A program made the translations under genes and the position numbers. Source: Pseudomonadota bacterium (GTDB taxonomy: Bacteria > Desulfobacterota > Desulfarculia > Adiutricales > JAGVGV01). Taken from it: a DNA stretch of 10,196 nt. Of the stretch, positions 1-6,953 are shown in pieces (position 1 is the first letter of the stretch; every line of letters begins with the position of its first letter). The notes beneath the pieces are model-generated. The model did not search any database, was not told the DNA's origin, and worked only from the letters and a program-made list of their open reading frames with translations. The stretch is from the NCBI GenBank assembly GCA_043806915.1, contig JAZDGM010000131.1, forward strand, positions 1 through 10,196. Reading direction: 5' to 3'.

Positions 1-25
1 AACCAAGGACTCCCCCTCACCCCAA

Positions 26-53
26 CCCTCTCCCCCGTCGGGGGGCGAGGGAG
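26..53. repeat. GC-rich imperfect hairpin CCCTCTCCCCC-gtc-GGGGGGCGAGGG at 5' window edge
   Basis: Seen in sequence as an 11-bp stem with one mismatch. Its composition resembles the GC tract at the 3' edge. Its function is unknown. Confidence 0.4.
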
Positions 54-249
54 ATAATTGTCCGGCCCGGCCCTCGCCTCCGTTTGGAACAAGGTGTTGT
101 CTTTCTGAATAAATGGAACAATACATTTTCAGATGGCCCGATTTTAGGCATTATCAGATGGCCGCTGACACGAAAAAATGAAAGTCACTTTTTATAGAGC
201 GAAATCCGGGAATTCAGTGAAAAGTTAAACATAATTTTAAAGAATAGGC

Positions 250-255
250 TATAAT
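250..255 (+). promoter_or_regulatory. Perfect -10 hexamer TATAAT in AT-rich leader (possible operon promoter; -35 weak TTAAAC with 19-nt spacer)
   Basis: TATAAT is at 250-255, inside a 200-bp AT-rich block (100-300) that contrasts with the ~60% GC surroundings. No consensus -35 is present, so this is a low-confidence call. Confidence 0.25.
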
Positions 256-511
256 TCAGACGGTTATACTGAGTTAAAAGGATATTCCGCATGAAGAACC
301 TCATGGGATTGATAAATCATAACAGTGTAAAATTACAAACAAAATTAAAAGGCGACCATGTCGCTTCGGGCAGACAGTCCGACCCTTTCAATGATCTCGC
401 GAGATGCCGCTTTTGTCGCCTTGTTCCGAAAAATCAAAATTATACCGGACCAAAAGATCGGGGCCGCCAGTCATGCCAGGCCCGTAAAAAGTCGGAAATA
501 CTGGAAGCCTG

Positions 512-553
512 CGTCCAAGGATAGGCGTCCGAAGATAGGAGTCCGAAGATAGG
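512..553. repeat. Three tandem 14-bp direct repeats (cgtccaaggatagg / cgtccgaagatagg / agtccgaagatagg)
   Basis: Seen directly. The unit GTCCGAAGATAGG is exact at 527-539 and 541-553. A degenerate copy lies at 513-525. It sits ~170 bp upstream of the STAS gene start. It looks like an iteron-style regulator-binding array. Confidence 0.8.
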
Positions 554-594
554 CGCCCAAACTGGAGCCTGGGGGCCCACGCCTTGTCAACTAT

Positions 595-609
595 TTGATA
601 TCATATCAA
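595..609. promoter_or_regulatory. Perfect palindrome TTGATAT-c-ATATCAA (7-1-7), operator-like
   Basis: Seen directly. It lies 114 bp upstream of ATG 723, adjacent to the TTGTCA hexamer at 584-589. Confidence 0.4.
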
Positions 610-655
610 TTAGCCTGCTCGCTCCCAAGCTTCCGGCTCGGGAACGCAAAACGAC

Positions 656-683
656 TCGAAGCGCCTGCTTCGACGCCTTTTTT
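656..683 (+). terminator. Leader hairpin (TCGAAGC-gcct-GCTTCGA) followed by CGCC + T6, 40 nt upstream of the STAS gene start; attenuator-like
   Basis: The 7-bp stem, 4-nt loop and TTTTTT at 678-683 are seen in the sequence. The upstream segment GCTTC (629-633) could alternatively pair with GAAGC (658-662), giving an anti-terminator option. Confidence 0.35.
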
Positions 684-722
684 GCTTGTTCAAGTTCATC
701 AGTCAGATAAGGAAACGAAAAT

Positions 723-1937
723 ATGGAATGCGCCATCAGCGAAGAGCATGGGATCAGGTGGCTGAACGTTTCGGGCCGCATCGACGGGATGACCAGCGGA
801 GATATCCGGCGGCGCCTCCAGGTCTTGATCGATGAAGGCCAGAGGGTGTTCACCGTCAACTTCGAAGCTGTCAACTACATCAGCAGCGCGGGCCTGCGGG
901 TGTTTCTCGAGGCCCAGAAGCAGCTCAATCGTGTTGGAGGGGAAATCTATCTCTTCGGTCTCCGGGAAAACGTCCTGGACGTTTTCGAAATGAGCGGCTT
1001 TATGCAACTTTTCAAGGCCTTTTCTTCCAGGGAGGAGATCGAGGGAACCCTGACCAGGGCGGATTCCGGCCCCGAGGCGGAGACCTTGGAGATAAAGGGG
1101 GGCGTGATCCAGTGCATCCGGAAGGAGGGTCCGCCAGGCGCCCTGCGTCTGATCGGCTCTCAGAAGAATCTCCTGTCATCCAATTACGGGGAAAAGGACG
1201 TGGAGACGCTGAAGGCCGGGGAAATTCAGTTCGGCCTGGGCATGGCGACCCTGGGAGATGAATATGAGGAGTACAAGAACCTCTTCGGGGGAGCCCTGGT
1301 CATAAACCGGAATCTGTTCTTTTATCCGGCCGTCCGACATCCCGTGGTCGATTTCATGCTCCGCGGACAGGGCGGCGTCGATCCCGCGTACCGCTTTTTA
1401 AACGGAGTTGGGTTCAGCGGGACCTTTCATCATATCCTTTCCTTTGAAAGCAGGGACGGTTTTTTCGAATTGTCCGGCCTGATCAAGTCGTTGTCCGCGC
1501 TTTCCACTCAAAATGTCCTCGGCGTCGTTCTGCTGGCGGAAAGCAAGGGCTTCTGGGGCATGAACATGAAAAGGGCGCCCATCACGGAAAACAAGCCCGA
1601 AAACGGGAAGCATATTATGGACGAGGAAAATTTTTCGGAGTGGATGAATTTCCCGCTCGAACCAGGAGAAGTCAACCATATCATCGCCTGTGCGGGAATC
1701 GCCGTAAAGGACCGCTCCCTTCTTGAACCGAGGATATCCGAATTGTTGGCCAAGGACCAGGCCTTTCATTTTCACGGGGGAGTATTTGCCAAAGGGCCCC
1801 TCGGCAAGGACGTTGGTCTGTTTGAACGGGAACTGGAGCGGGTCCTGACCGAGGTGGAAATATCAAAGGTGCAGCACATGTTGGCTCAAAGCCGGTTGGG
1901 CGGCGGCATGGCGGGCATTATCGAACTGAAAGGCTGA
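723..1937 (+). CDS. STAS-domain protein (SpoIIAA / anti-sigma-factor-antagonist-like N-terminal ~105 aa) with ~290-aa uncharacterised C-terminal region
   Basis: The 404-aa ORF has an N-terminus (VNFEAVNYISSAGLRVFLEAQKQLNRVGGEIYLFGLRENVLDVFEMSGFMQLFKAF) that aligns by eye to SpoIIAA ([35 protein letters not shown]...LFDMSGLFKII). This includes the conserved Ser in the DSSG/ISSAG position. An AGGAA RBS-like site lies 11 nt upstream of ATG 723. The stop codon lies 3 nt before the next start (translational coupling). I do not recognise the C-terminal domain. Confidence 0.75.
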   Translation: MECAISEEHGIRWLNVSGRIDGMTSGDIRRRLQVLIDEGQRVFTVNFEAVNYISSAGLRVFLEAQKQLNRVGGEIYLFGLRENVLDVFEMSGFMQLFKAFSSREEIEGTLTRADSGPEAETLEIKGGVIQCIRKEGPPGALRLIGSQKNLLSSNYGEKDVETLKAGEIQFGLGMATLGDEYEEYKNLFGGALVINRNLFFYPAVRHPVVDFMLRGQGGVDPAYRFLNGVGFSGTFHHILSFESRDGFFELSGLIKSLSALSTQNVLGVVLLAESKGFWGMNMKRAPITENKPENGKHIMDEENFSEWMNFPLEPGEVNHIIACAGIAVKDRSLLEPRISELLAKDQAFHFHGGVFAKGPLGKDVGLFERELERVLTEVEISKVQHMLAQSRLGGGMAGIIELKG

Positions 1938-1940
1938 ATC

Positions 1941-4820
1941 ATGGAACTCTGGTTCGGAGCTGTCAATCTGGGATTCTTTTACGCCTTCATGGCGATGGGG
2001 GTTTTTATCACCTTCCGCGTCTTTGATTTTCCCGATATCACGGTCGACGGAAGTTTCACGGCGGGGGCGGGAGCGGCGGCGGTATTGATCTCGGCCGGTT
2101 TCCATCCGGTTCCGAGCCTTGGGGCGGCCTTTGTCATCGGGGGGGCGGCGGGGTATACCACGGGGTTGATCCATACCCGTCTGAATATTAACGGGCTCCT
2201 GGCCGGCATCCTGGTCATGACCGGACTGTATTCCATCAACTTGCATATCATGGGCCGTTCCAACATACCCCTGCTCAACCAAACCACGCTGGTTACGATC
2301 CTCGAGGATTTAAATCCTGGACTTCCCAACGAAATCTGGCTCTGTTCCTGCCTGGCGGTCATCATGACGGTTTTCTGGGGCGTCCTGTCCAGGTTTTTCC
2401 GGACGGATTTCGGGCTGGCCATGCGAATCACCGGAAACAACCCCATCATGGCCGGCGCCAACGGCGTCAACGTGAACAGGATGAAGATTTTCGGCATCGC
2501 GCTGGCCAATGGCCTGGTCGGCGTCTCGGGCGGTCTTGTCGCTCAGTACCAGGGGTTCGCGGATATCGGCATGGGGATCGGAACCGTGGTCATCGGCCTG
2601 GCGTCAGTGATCATCGGGGAGGCTGTCCTGAGAAAACGCTCCATCGCCGTCAAGGTTCTCAGCGTTTTCGTCGGATCGATCCTATTCAGGCTGATGATCG
2701 CTTTTGCCCTTTTTATCGGAATGAATCCCTTGGATTTAAAGCTGCTCACCGCGGCTTTTGTCCTTTTGACGCTGATCGTCTCAAAACTCATCTCCGGGAA
2801 ACAGGGGGGCTCCGGAACGGCCGCCTCGCTGACCAAGCAATTCCTGACGGGAAAAAGACTCGTGGCGGTCGCCGCGGTCGCCGTCGTCCTCATCGCGGCT
2901 TTTTCAGGACTCCGGCTGCTAGGGCGGGCGCCGTCCGGAACTCCAAAAATGCCTAGGATCGGTGTGGTCCAGGTAACCGAACACAACATGCTGAACATAA
3001 CCCGGGACACTTTTCTGGATGAAATGAAGCAGCTCGGATACCGGGAAGGCGAGTCGTGCCGGTTTTTTCTGGAAAATGCCAACGGTGAACTGTCCATGGT
3101 GGACGCCATCCTGGATAAATTCATCGCCGGGGACATGGATGTCATCGTTACCATATCCACGGCCTGCACCCAAGCGGCCATAAATAAGATCAAGGACCGC
3201 CCCGTTGTGTTCGCCACGGTCGCAAACCCCTTTATTATCGGGGCCGGACGGACGGATGCGGATCATCTCCCCAATGTGACCGGCGTATACGGGTTGACGC
3301 CCATGAGCGAGTCCCTGAAGATGCTCCGAAGAATCATTCCGGGAAAGATCAAGATCGCCTCCATCTGGGACCCGGCTCAGGCCAATTCGGTGGTCAATGT
3401 TGAAAATCTGCGGAAGGCGGTTGACCGTGATGAAGGGGTCGCCTTTACGGGCGCCACCATTACGAACTCCTCCGAGGTGTATCAGGCGGCGCTGACGCTG
3501 GTAAACAAGGGGATCGACGCCTTTGTGCTCAGTCCGGACAATACCGTCTATTCCGCCTTCGAATCGGTCGTCAAGGCGGCCCGGTCGAAGAAAATCCCCA
3601 TCGCGATCAGTGACGTGGAGCGCCTCCAGGATGGGGCGCTGCTGGCCTACGGCTATGATTGCTCCATCAGCGGGCGCCAGGCCGCCCATCTGGTGGACCG
3701 AATTCTGAAGGGGGAGAGCCCCGAAAAAATTCCTTTTGAGCAGTACAAAAAAATCACTTTCGGCGTCAATCTAAGGATCGCGGAAGAACTCGGCCTTGAA
3801 ATTCCGGAAGATATCCTGGCCAAAACGACAGTTATGGTCGGAAAGGACGGGGTTCTGGTCGAGAACGAGACGGAGCGGAAGGATAATAAGGCCGTTGCGC
3901 CGGGGGCGGGCCCGGCGCCGGGGAAGGGAAAGAAACTGGCCCTGTTCATATTCAATGCGAGCGCGTTGTTGATGGAAACGGCCGACGGCGTAAGGGATGA
4001 ACTCAAGGCAAGTGGGGTTCTTGACAAATACGGGATAACCATTGACATGAAAAACGCCCAGAACGAGTTTCCCACGGCCCAGGCCGTGGTTCAGGATATC
4101 GTTCGAATGGGGTATGACTATATTATTACGATTTCAACGCCGGCGCTTCAGGTCGCGGCCAACGGGAATAAAAAAATTCCCCACATCTTCGGCGCCGTTA
4201 CCGACCCCTATCGGATGGGGATCGCCGCCGGCAACAAGGATCATATTCCGAACATTACCGGCGTTGCGACTCTCCAACCCGTGGAAGCGACGGTCCGGAC
4301 CATGAGGGAAGTCTTTCCCGGGGCGAAAAAGATCGGCCTTGTCTGGAATCCGGGGGAGGCCTGTTCAGAGGCGTGTACTTACAAGGCCCGGGATGCGGCG
4401 AAAAAATACGGTTTTGAACTCCTGGAGGCGACCGTGTCCAGTACCAACGAGGTCCTGGACGCTGTAAAGGCCCTGCTCAACAAAGGGGTCGACCTCTTTT
4501 TAACCTCCGGGGACAATACGGTGAACCTGGCCGTTCCGTCCCTCGCCGAGATACTGAGGCAGCGTAAAATACCCTATTTCAACAACACGCCTTCGGATGT
4601 GGACCAGGGGGTCTTTATCGCCATTGGCGCGGATTATTATGAAGTGGGGAGGGAAACCGCAAGACAGGCCATTATGGTCATCAACGGGAAAAACCCCCAG
4701 GATATCCCCATCAAGGATTATGTTCCGGAGAAACTGGCCATTAATTTGAAAATGGCCCGGCATTACGGCATTACCGTGCCGGAGGCGATTCTTGATCGGG
4801 CTGAAAAGGTGGTGAAGTGA
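1941..4820 (+). CDS. Fused ABC importer polypeptide: BPD_transp_2/RbsC-like permease (aa 1-~300, COG4120-type) + extra TM helix (aa ~305-327) + two tandem periplasmic substrate-binding domains (aa ~338-634 and ~664-959, COG2984/ABC_sub_bind-type)
   Basis: The N-terminus is a polytopic membrane domain with the RbsC/LivH-family motif ITGNNPIMAGANGVNVNRMKI. It is followed by the hydrophobic segment RLVAVAAVAVVLIAAFSGLRLL. Two paralogous ~295-aa PBP-fold domains come after it (DVIVTISTACTQAAINKIKDRPVVFATVANPF... versus DYIITISTPALQVAANGNKKIPHIFGAVTDPY...). They are joined by a Gly/Pro/Lys-rich linker (VAPGAGPAPGKGKK). The gene sits 3 nt after the upstream stop and 4 nt before the next start. Confidence 0.85.
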   Translation: MELWFGAVNLGFFYAFMAMGVFITFRVFDFPDITVDGSFTAGAGAAAVLISAGFHPVPSLGAAFVIGGAAGYTTGLIHTRLNINGLLAGILVMTGLYSINLHIMGRSNIPLLNQTTLVTILEDLNPGLPNEIWLCSCLAVIMTVFWGVLSRFFRTDFGLAMRITGNNPIMAGANGVNVNRMKIFGIALANGLVGVSGGLVAQYQGFADIGMGIGTVVIGLASVIIGEAVLRKRSIAVKVLSVFVGSILFRLMIAFALFIGMNPLDLKLLTAAFVLLTLIVSKLISGKQGGSGTAASLTKQFLTGKRLVAVAAVAVVLIAAFSGLRLLGRAPSGTPKMPRIGVVQVTEHNMLNITRDTFLDEMKQLGYREGESCRFFLENANGELSMVDAILDKFIAGDMDVIVTISTACTQAAINKIKDRPVVFATVANPFIIGAGRTDADHLPNVTGVYGLTPMSESLKMLRRIIPGKIKIASIWDPAQANSVVNVENLRKAVDRDEGVAFTGATITNSSEVYQAALTLVNKGIDAFVLSPDNTVYSAFESVVKAARSKKIPIAISDVERLQDGALLAYGYDCSISGRQAAHLVDRILKGESPEKIPFEQYKKITFGVNLRIAEELGLEIPEDILAKTTVMVGKDGVLVENETERKDNKAVAPGAGPAPGKGKKLALFIFNASALLMETADGVRDELKASGVLDKYGITIDMKNAQNEFPTAQAVVQDIVRMGYDYIITISTPALQVAANGNKKIPHIFGAVTDPYRMGIAAGNKDHIPNITGVATLQPVEATVRTMREVFPGAKKIGLVWNPGEACSEACTYKARDAAKKYGFELLEATVSSTNEVLDAVKALLNKGVDLFLTSGDNTVNLAVPSLAEILRQRKIPYFNNTPSDVDQGVFIAIGADYYEVGRETARQAIMVINGKNPQDIPIKDYVPEKLAINLKMARHYGITVPEAILDRAEKVVK

Positions 4821-4824
4821 CATT

Positions 4825-5637
4825 ATGATCAGATTGGAGAACGTTCACAAAAAATTCAATGCCGGCACGTTGAATGAGGTCCATGCCCTACGAGGCGTCA
4901 ATCTTGAGATCAAGGAAGGGGAGTTCGTGACGGTCATCGGGACCAACGGGTCCGGCAAGTCCACCCTGTTGAACGCCGTGGCCGGGACCTTTATACCGGA
5001 TTCGGGAGTCATCCGGATAGCCGGAGACGATGTGACCGGCCTGCGCGATTTTCAAAGGGCCCGGTATGTGGCCAGGGTGTTCCAGGACCCCTTCAAGGGC
5101 ACTTCGCCGGATATGAGCATTGCCGAGAATCTGCACATGGCTTCCCTGAGGACTTCTCCCTGTTACCCCCGGGTCGGACTGAAAAGGGACCGTATCGAGC
5201 AATACCGGGAAAACATCCGGCGGCTCGAAATGCAGCTCGAGGACCGCCTTGACAACCTGATCGGCAGCCTTTCAGGGGGACAGCGGCAGGCTCTGACCCT
5301 GCTCATGGCGGTGATGGGAAGCCCCAAGGTTCTGCTCCTCGATGAACATACGGCGGCCCTTGACCCTCGGTCCGCCAAACAGGTGGTGGAACTTACAAAA
5401 AGGTTCGTGGCGCGGGACAAACTGACCACCCTGATGGTGACCCACAGCATGCAGCAAGCCCTGGAACTGGGGGATCGCACGATCATGATGAACAAGGGGG
5501 AGATTATCGATGATATCCCCTTCAGCCAGAAAAGGCTCTCCACCGTGGACGACCTCCTGGAACGGTTTGCCGAACTGCGTAAAAAAGAGCGGCTGACCCC
5601 TGAGATACTTGAGGAACTGCGCCGCGAATATGTATAA
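4825..5637 (+). CDS. ABC transporter ATP-binding protein (COG1101-type, partner of COG4120/COG2984 systems)
   Basis: Walker A (GTNGSGKST), ABC signature (LSGGQRQAL), Walker B (LLLDEHTAALD) and H-loop (VTHS) are all present. The product is 270 aa. The gene is translationally coupled to the upstream permease gene. Confidence 0.9.
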   Translation: MIRLENVHKKFNAGTLNEVHALRGVNLEIKEGEFVTVIGTNGSGKSTLLNAVAGTFIPDSGVIRIAGDDVTGLRDFQRARYVARVFQDPFKGTSPDMSIAENLHMASLRTSPCYPRVGLKRDRIEQYRENIRRLEMQLEDRLDNLIGSLSGGQRQALTLLMAVMGSPKVLLLDEHTAALDPRSAKQVVELTKRFVARDKLTTLMVTHSMQQALELGDRTIMMNKGEIIDDIPFSQKRLSTVDDLLERFAELRKKERLTPEILEELRREYV

Positions 5638-5720
5638 TCTTTCATCCCGCGGCTTTCGCATCAACCGATTTTCCGCCTCGACATCGCCATTAAGCGGGCC
5701 GAGGCCTGGCTGACGGCCAT

Positions 5721-5785
5721 GGGGGACCCCCTTGACGAGGAGTCCCCCCCGTTTGACTATTTTGTCTTCTGTTTTGAGGGTTTCC
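5721..5785 (+). terminator. Possible operon terminator: GGGGGAC...GTCCCCC hairpin followed by interrupted T-rich tract
   Basis: A 7-bp GC stem (5721-5727 / 5742-5748) with a ~14-nt loop is followed by cgTTTgacTaTTTTgTcTTcTgTTTTg. It lies ~85 nt after the ATPase stop. The structure is weak and non-canonical. Confidence 0.25.
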
Positions 5786-6052
5786 GGGGTCGTAAGAGGC
5801 AGCGGTGTTCAGATTGATCGCCGCGGTCTGGCCGGGGTGGAAACTTCTTCGGGCGGGCATGGACGCCCGCCCATTCCGCCCTCGAAACAGGACGTTTCGG
5901 GGCGTGAAACCGCCGCCAGGCGCGCGGGGGGCGGAGCAGCCCCGCCGCCAGGCGCCGGACAACGTCTCCAGTTTACCGCGGCAAGGCCCGCAAACAGTAA
6001 AAGATGGTGCCCGTTGCACACCCTACAAACTGGTATCTTTTAAAATTTTTTA

Positions 6053-6075
6053 AAGTGGATGTTATATATATTTGA
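6053..6075. repeat. GTGGATGTTATATATATTT element, near-identical (~16/18) to complement of 9919-9940 (TGGATGTCCTATATATAATT)
   Basis: Seen by direct comparison. It is intergenic and immediately precedes the 6080-6108 GC hairpin. Confidence 0.55.
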
Positions 6076-6079
6076 GGAA

Positions 6080-6108
6080 CTCAAGGCCGACCCGAGGCCG
6101 GCCTTGAG
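6080..6108 (-). terminator. 10-bp GC-rich hairpin (CTCAAGGCCG / CGGCCTTGAG, 9-nt loop) 15 nt downstream of the small membrane-protein gene; no U-tract
   Basis: A perfect inverted repeat is seen directly in the sequence. It sits between two convergent transcription units. Neither strand has a T-run, so termination function is an inference. Confidence 0.3.
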
Positions 6109-6122
6109 AGCCGCGGTCGATA

Positions 6123-6326
6123 TTAGTCTCTGGGAGTTTTGCCTATTTCATGGACGATCCAGCCCGAAAGAAGCAGTAACAGGCCGACGACCAGCCATGA
6201 AATCGATTTAATGGAAAAATCAAGGTCGGCGTCGGATTTGAGATAAACAAACCCCTCATACAAGGACAATATCCCGCCTAAACCCATTATCGAAAGACCA
6301 AGAACGCTCCAGCCCTTTTTATTCAT
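6123..6326 (-). CDS. Hypothetical small membrane protein (67 aa, two predicted TM helices)
   Basis: The ORF has GGAG 9 nt upstream of its ATG. Two hydrophobic stretches are present (WSVLGLSIMGLGGILSLY and ISWLVVGLLLLLSGWIV). It is followed by a hairpin. I recognise no homology. Confidence 0.4.
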   Translation of the reverse strand: MNKKGWSVLGLSIMGLGGILSLYEGFVYLKSDADLDFSIKSISWLVVGLLLLLSGWIVHEIGKTPRD

Positions 6327-6387
6327 ACAGTTATTCTCCGGCCCTCGCGGGCGGTTATCGGCATGGTGGATTTTCCGCGAATCCCTG

Positions 6388-6424
6388 GCGCCGCCTTAAT
6401 AAGGGTTACCCCTTTAGGCGGCGC
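6388..6424. other. GC-rich compound hairpin (9-bp stem GCGCCGCCT/AGGCGGCGC enclosing 5-bp stem AAGGG/CCCTT)
   Basis: Seen directly in the sequence. It lies ~40 nt downstream (minus strand) of the end of the 6465-6908 ORF region and upstream of the 67-aa gene. No adjacent U-tract. Confidence 0.3.
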
Positions 6425-6910
6425 GGATGGGTTGCGGGCGTCTTTTAGGGAAGGGGCGAAAGGATCAAATGCGAAGCGAGACCGTGCTCAAGCAGAGCAT
6501 GATCTGGGGTTTCCTATTCAAGTCGGTAAAATTGACTTCGAAATTTTTAGGGGAGGATGCGCCGCCGGGAAAAATAAGGGTAGGTCCGCCCCAGGGCGCC
6601 GGCAGGGACCGTTTCGGACTGGGGTAGAAAAAGATTTCCGTCGGCGCGGGGCAAAGCCGGCTCTTTTTTTCCGGGGGAGCGGGGACCATGGGGTCCTGTA
6701 CCCCTAGCGGGAAAACCGATTTACCGGCGGTGTAGCCGTTTCGGCCGAATTCTCCATCGCGGAGCAGGGAGGCGTCGCCCCGTGGAGTCCCGCTGGAATA
6801 ATAAACGACTGAAAAAGTTAAAACAAGCAGTATGGAAACAAGCCGGTTGAACATGTCGGACCTCGGTATTTCGGTTCCCATGATATGCTCGTCGCTAGTG
6901 GTTGTCAATT

Positions 6911-6944
6911 CCTCGGGTCGTTGGACTGGGGAAACAACCCGAGG
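6911..6944 (-). other. 8-bp stem hairpin (CCTCGGGT / ACCCGAGG, 18-nt loop) 10 nt downstream of the flotillin stop codon
   Basis: A perfect inverted repeat is seen in the sequence. On the minus strand it is followed by AATTGACAACC (A/T-rich but not a U-run). It is a possible weak terminator or RNA-stability element. Confidence 0.3.
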
Positions 6945-6953
6945 GTTCCATGT

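Noticed and set aside
137-153. Sigma-54-like TGGCCCgatttTAGGCA in the AT-rich leader
   Set aside because: The GG-to-GC spacing is off by one relative to the -24/-12 consensus, and the -12 element reads TAGGC rather than TTGC.
291-552. 77-aa and 64-aa plus-strand ORFs in the leader
   Set aside because: The 77-aa ORF has a plausible RBS and a perfect -10 upstream, but its composition is weak. It is highly basic with no evident fold. It is kept only as a possible leader peptide in findings. The 64-aa ORF in another frame has no RBS.
1979-4075. Minus-strand ORFs inside the permease-SBD gene (1979-2509, 2543-3217, 2919-3689, 3653-4075) and plus-frame ORFs 3523-3708 and 4114-4305
   Set aside because: They overlap a strongly supported 959-aa CDS on the other strand or frame. 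Their compositions are typical of antisense GC-rich coding DNA.
5690-6053. ORFs of 70-109 aa in the GC-rich intergenic block (both strands)
   Set aside because: They are Arg/Pro/Gly-dominated with no hydrophobic core and mutually overlap in several frames. This is consistent with a composition artefact of ~70% GC non-coding DNA.
6465-6908. 147-aa minus-strand ORF as called (TTG start at 6908)
   Set aside because: The start is non-canonical and lies inside the flotillin-proximal hairpin. Most of the product is Pro/Gly low complexity. Only the internal ATG 6854 version is kept, as a low-confidence finding.
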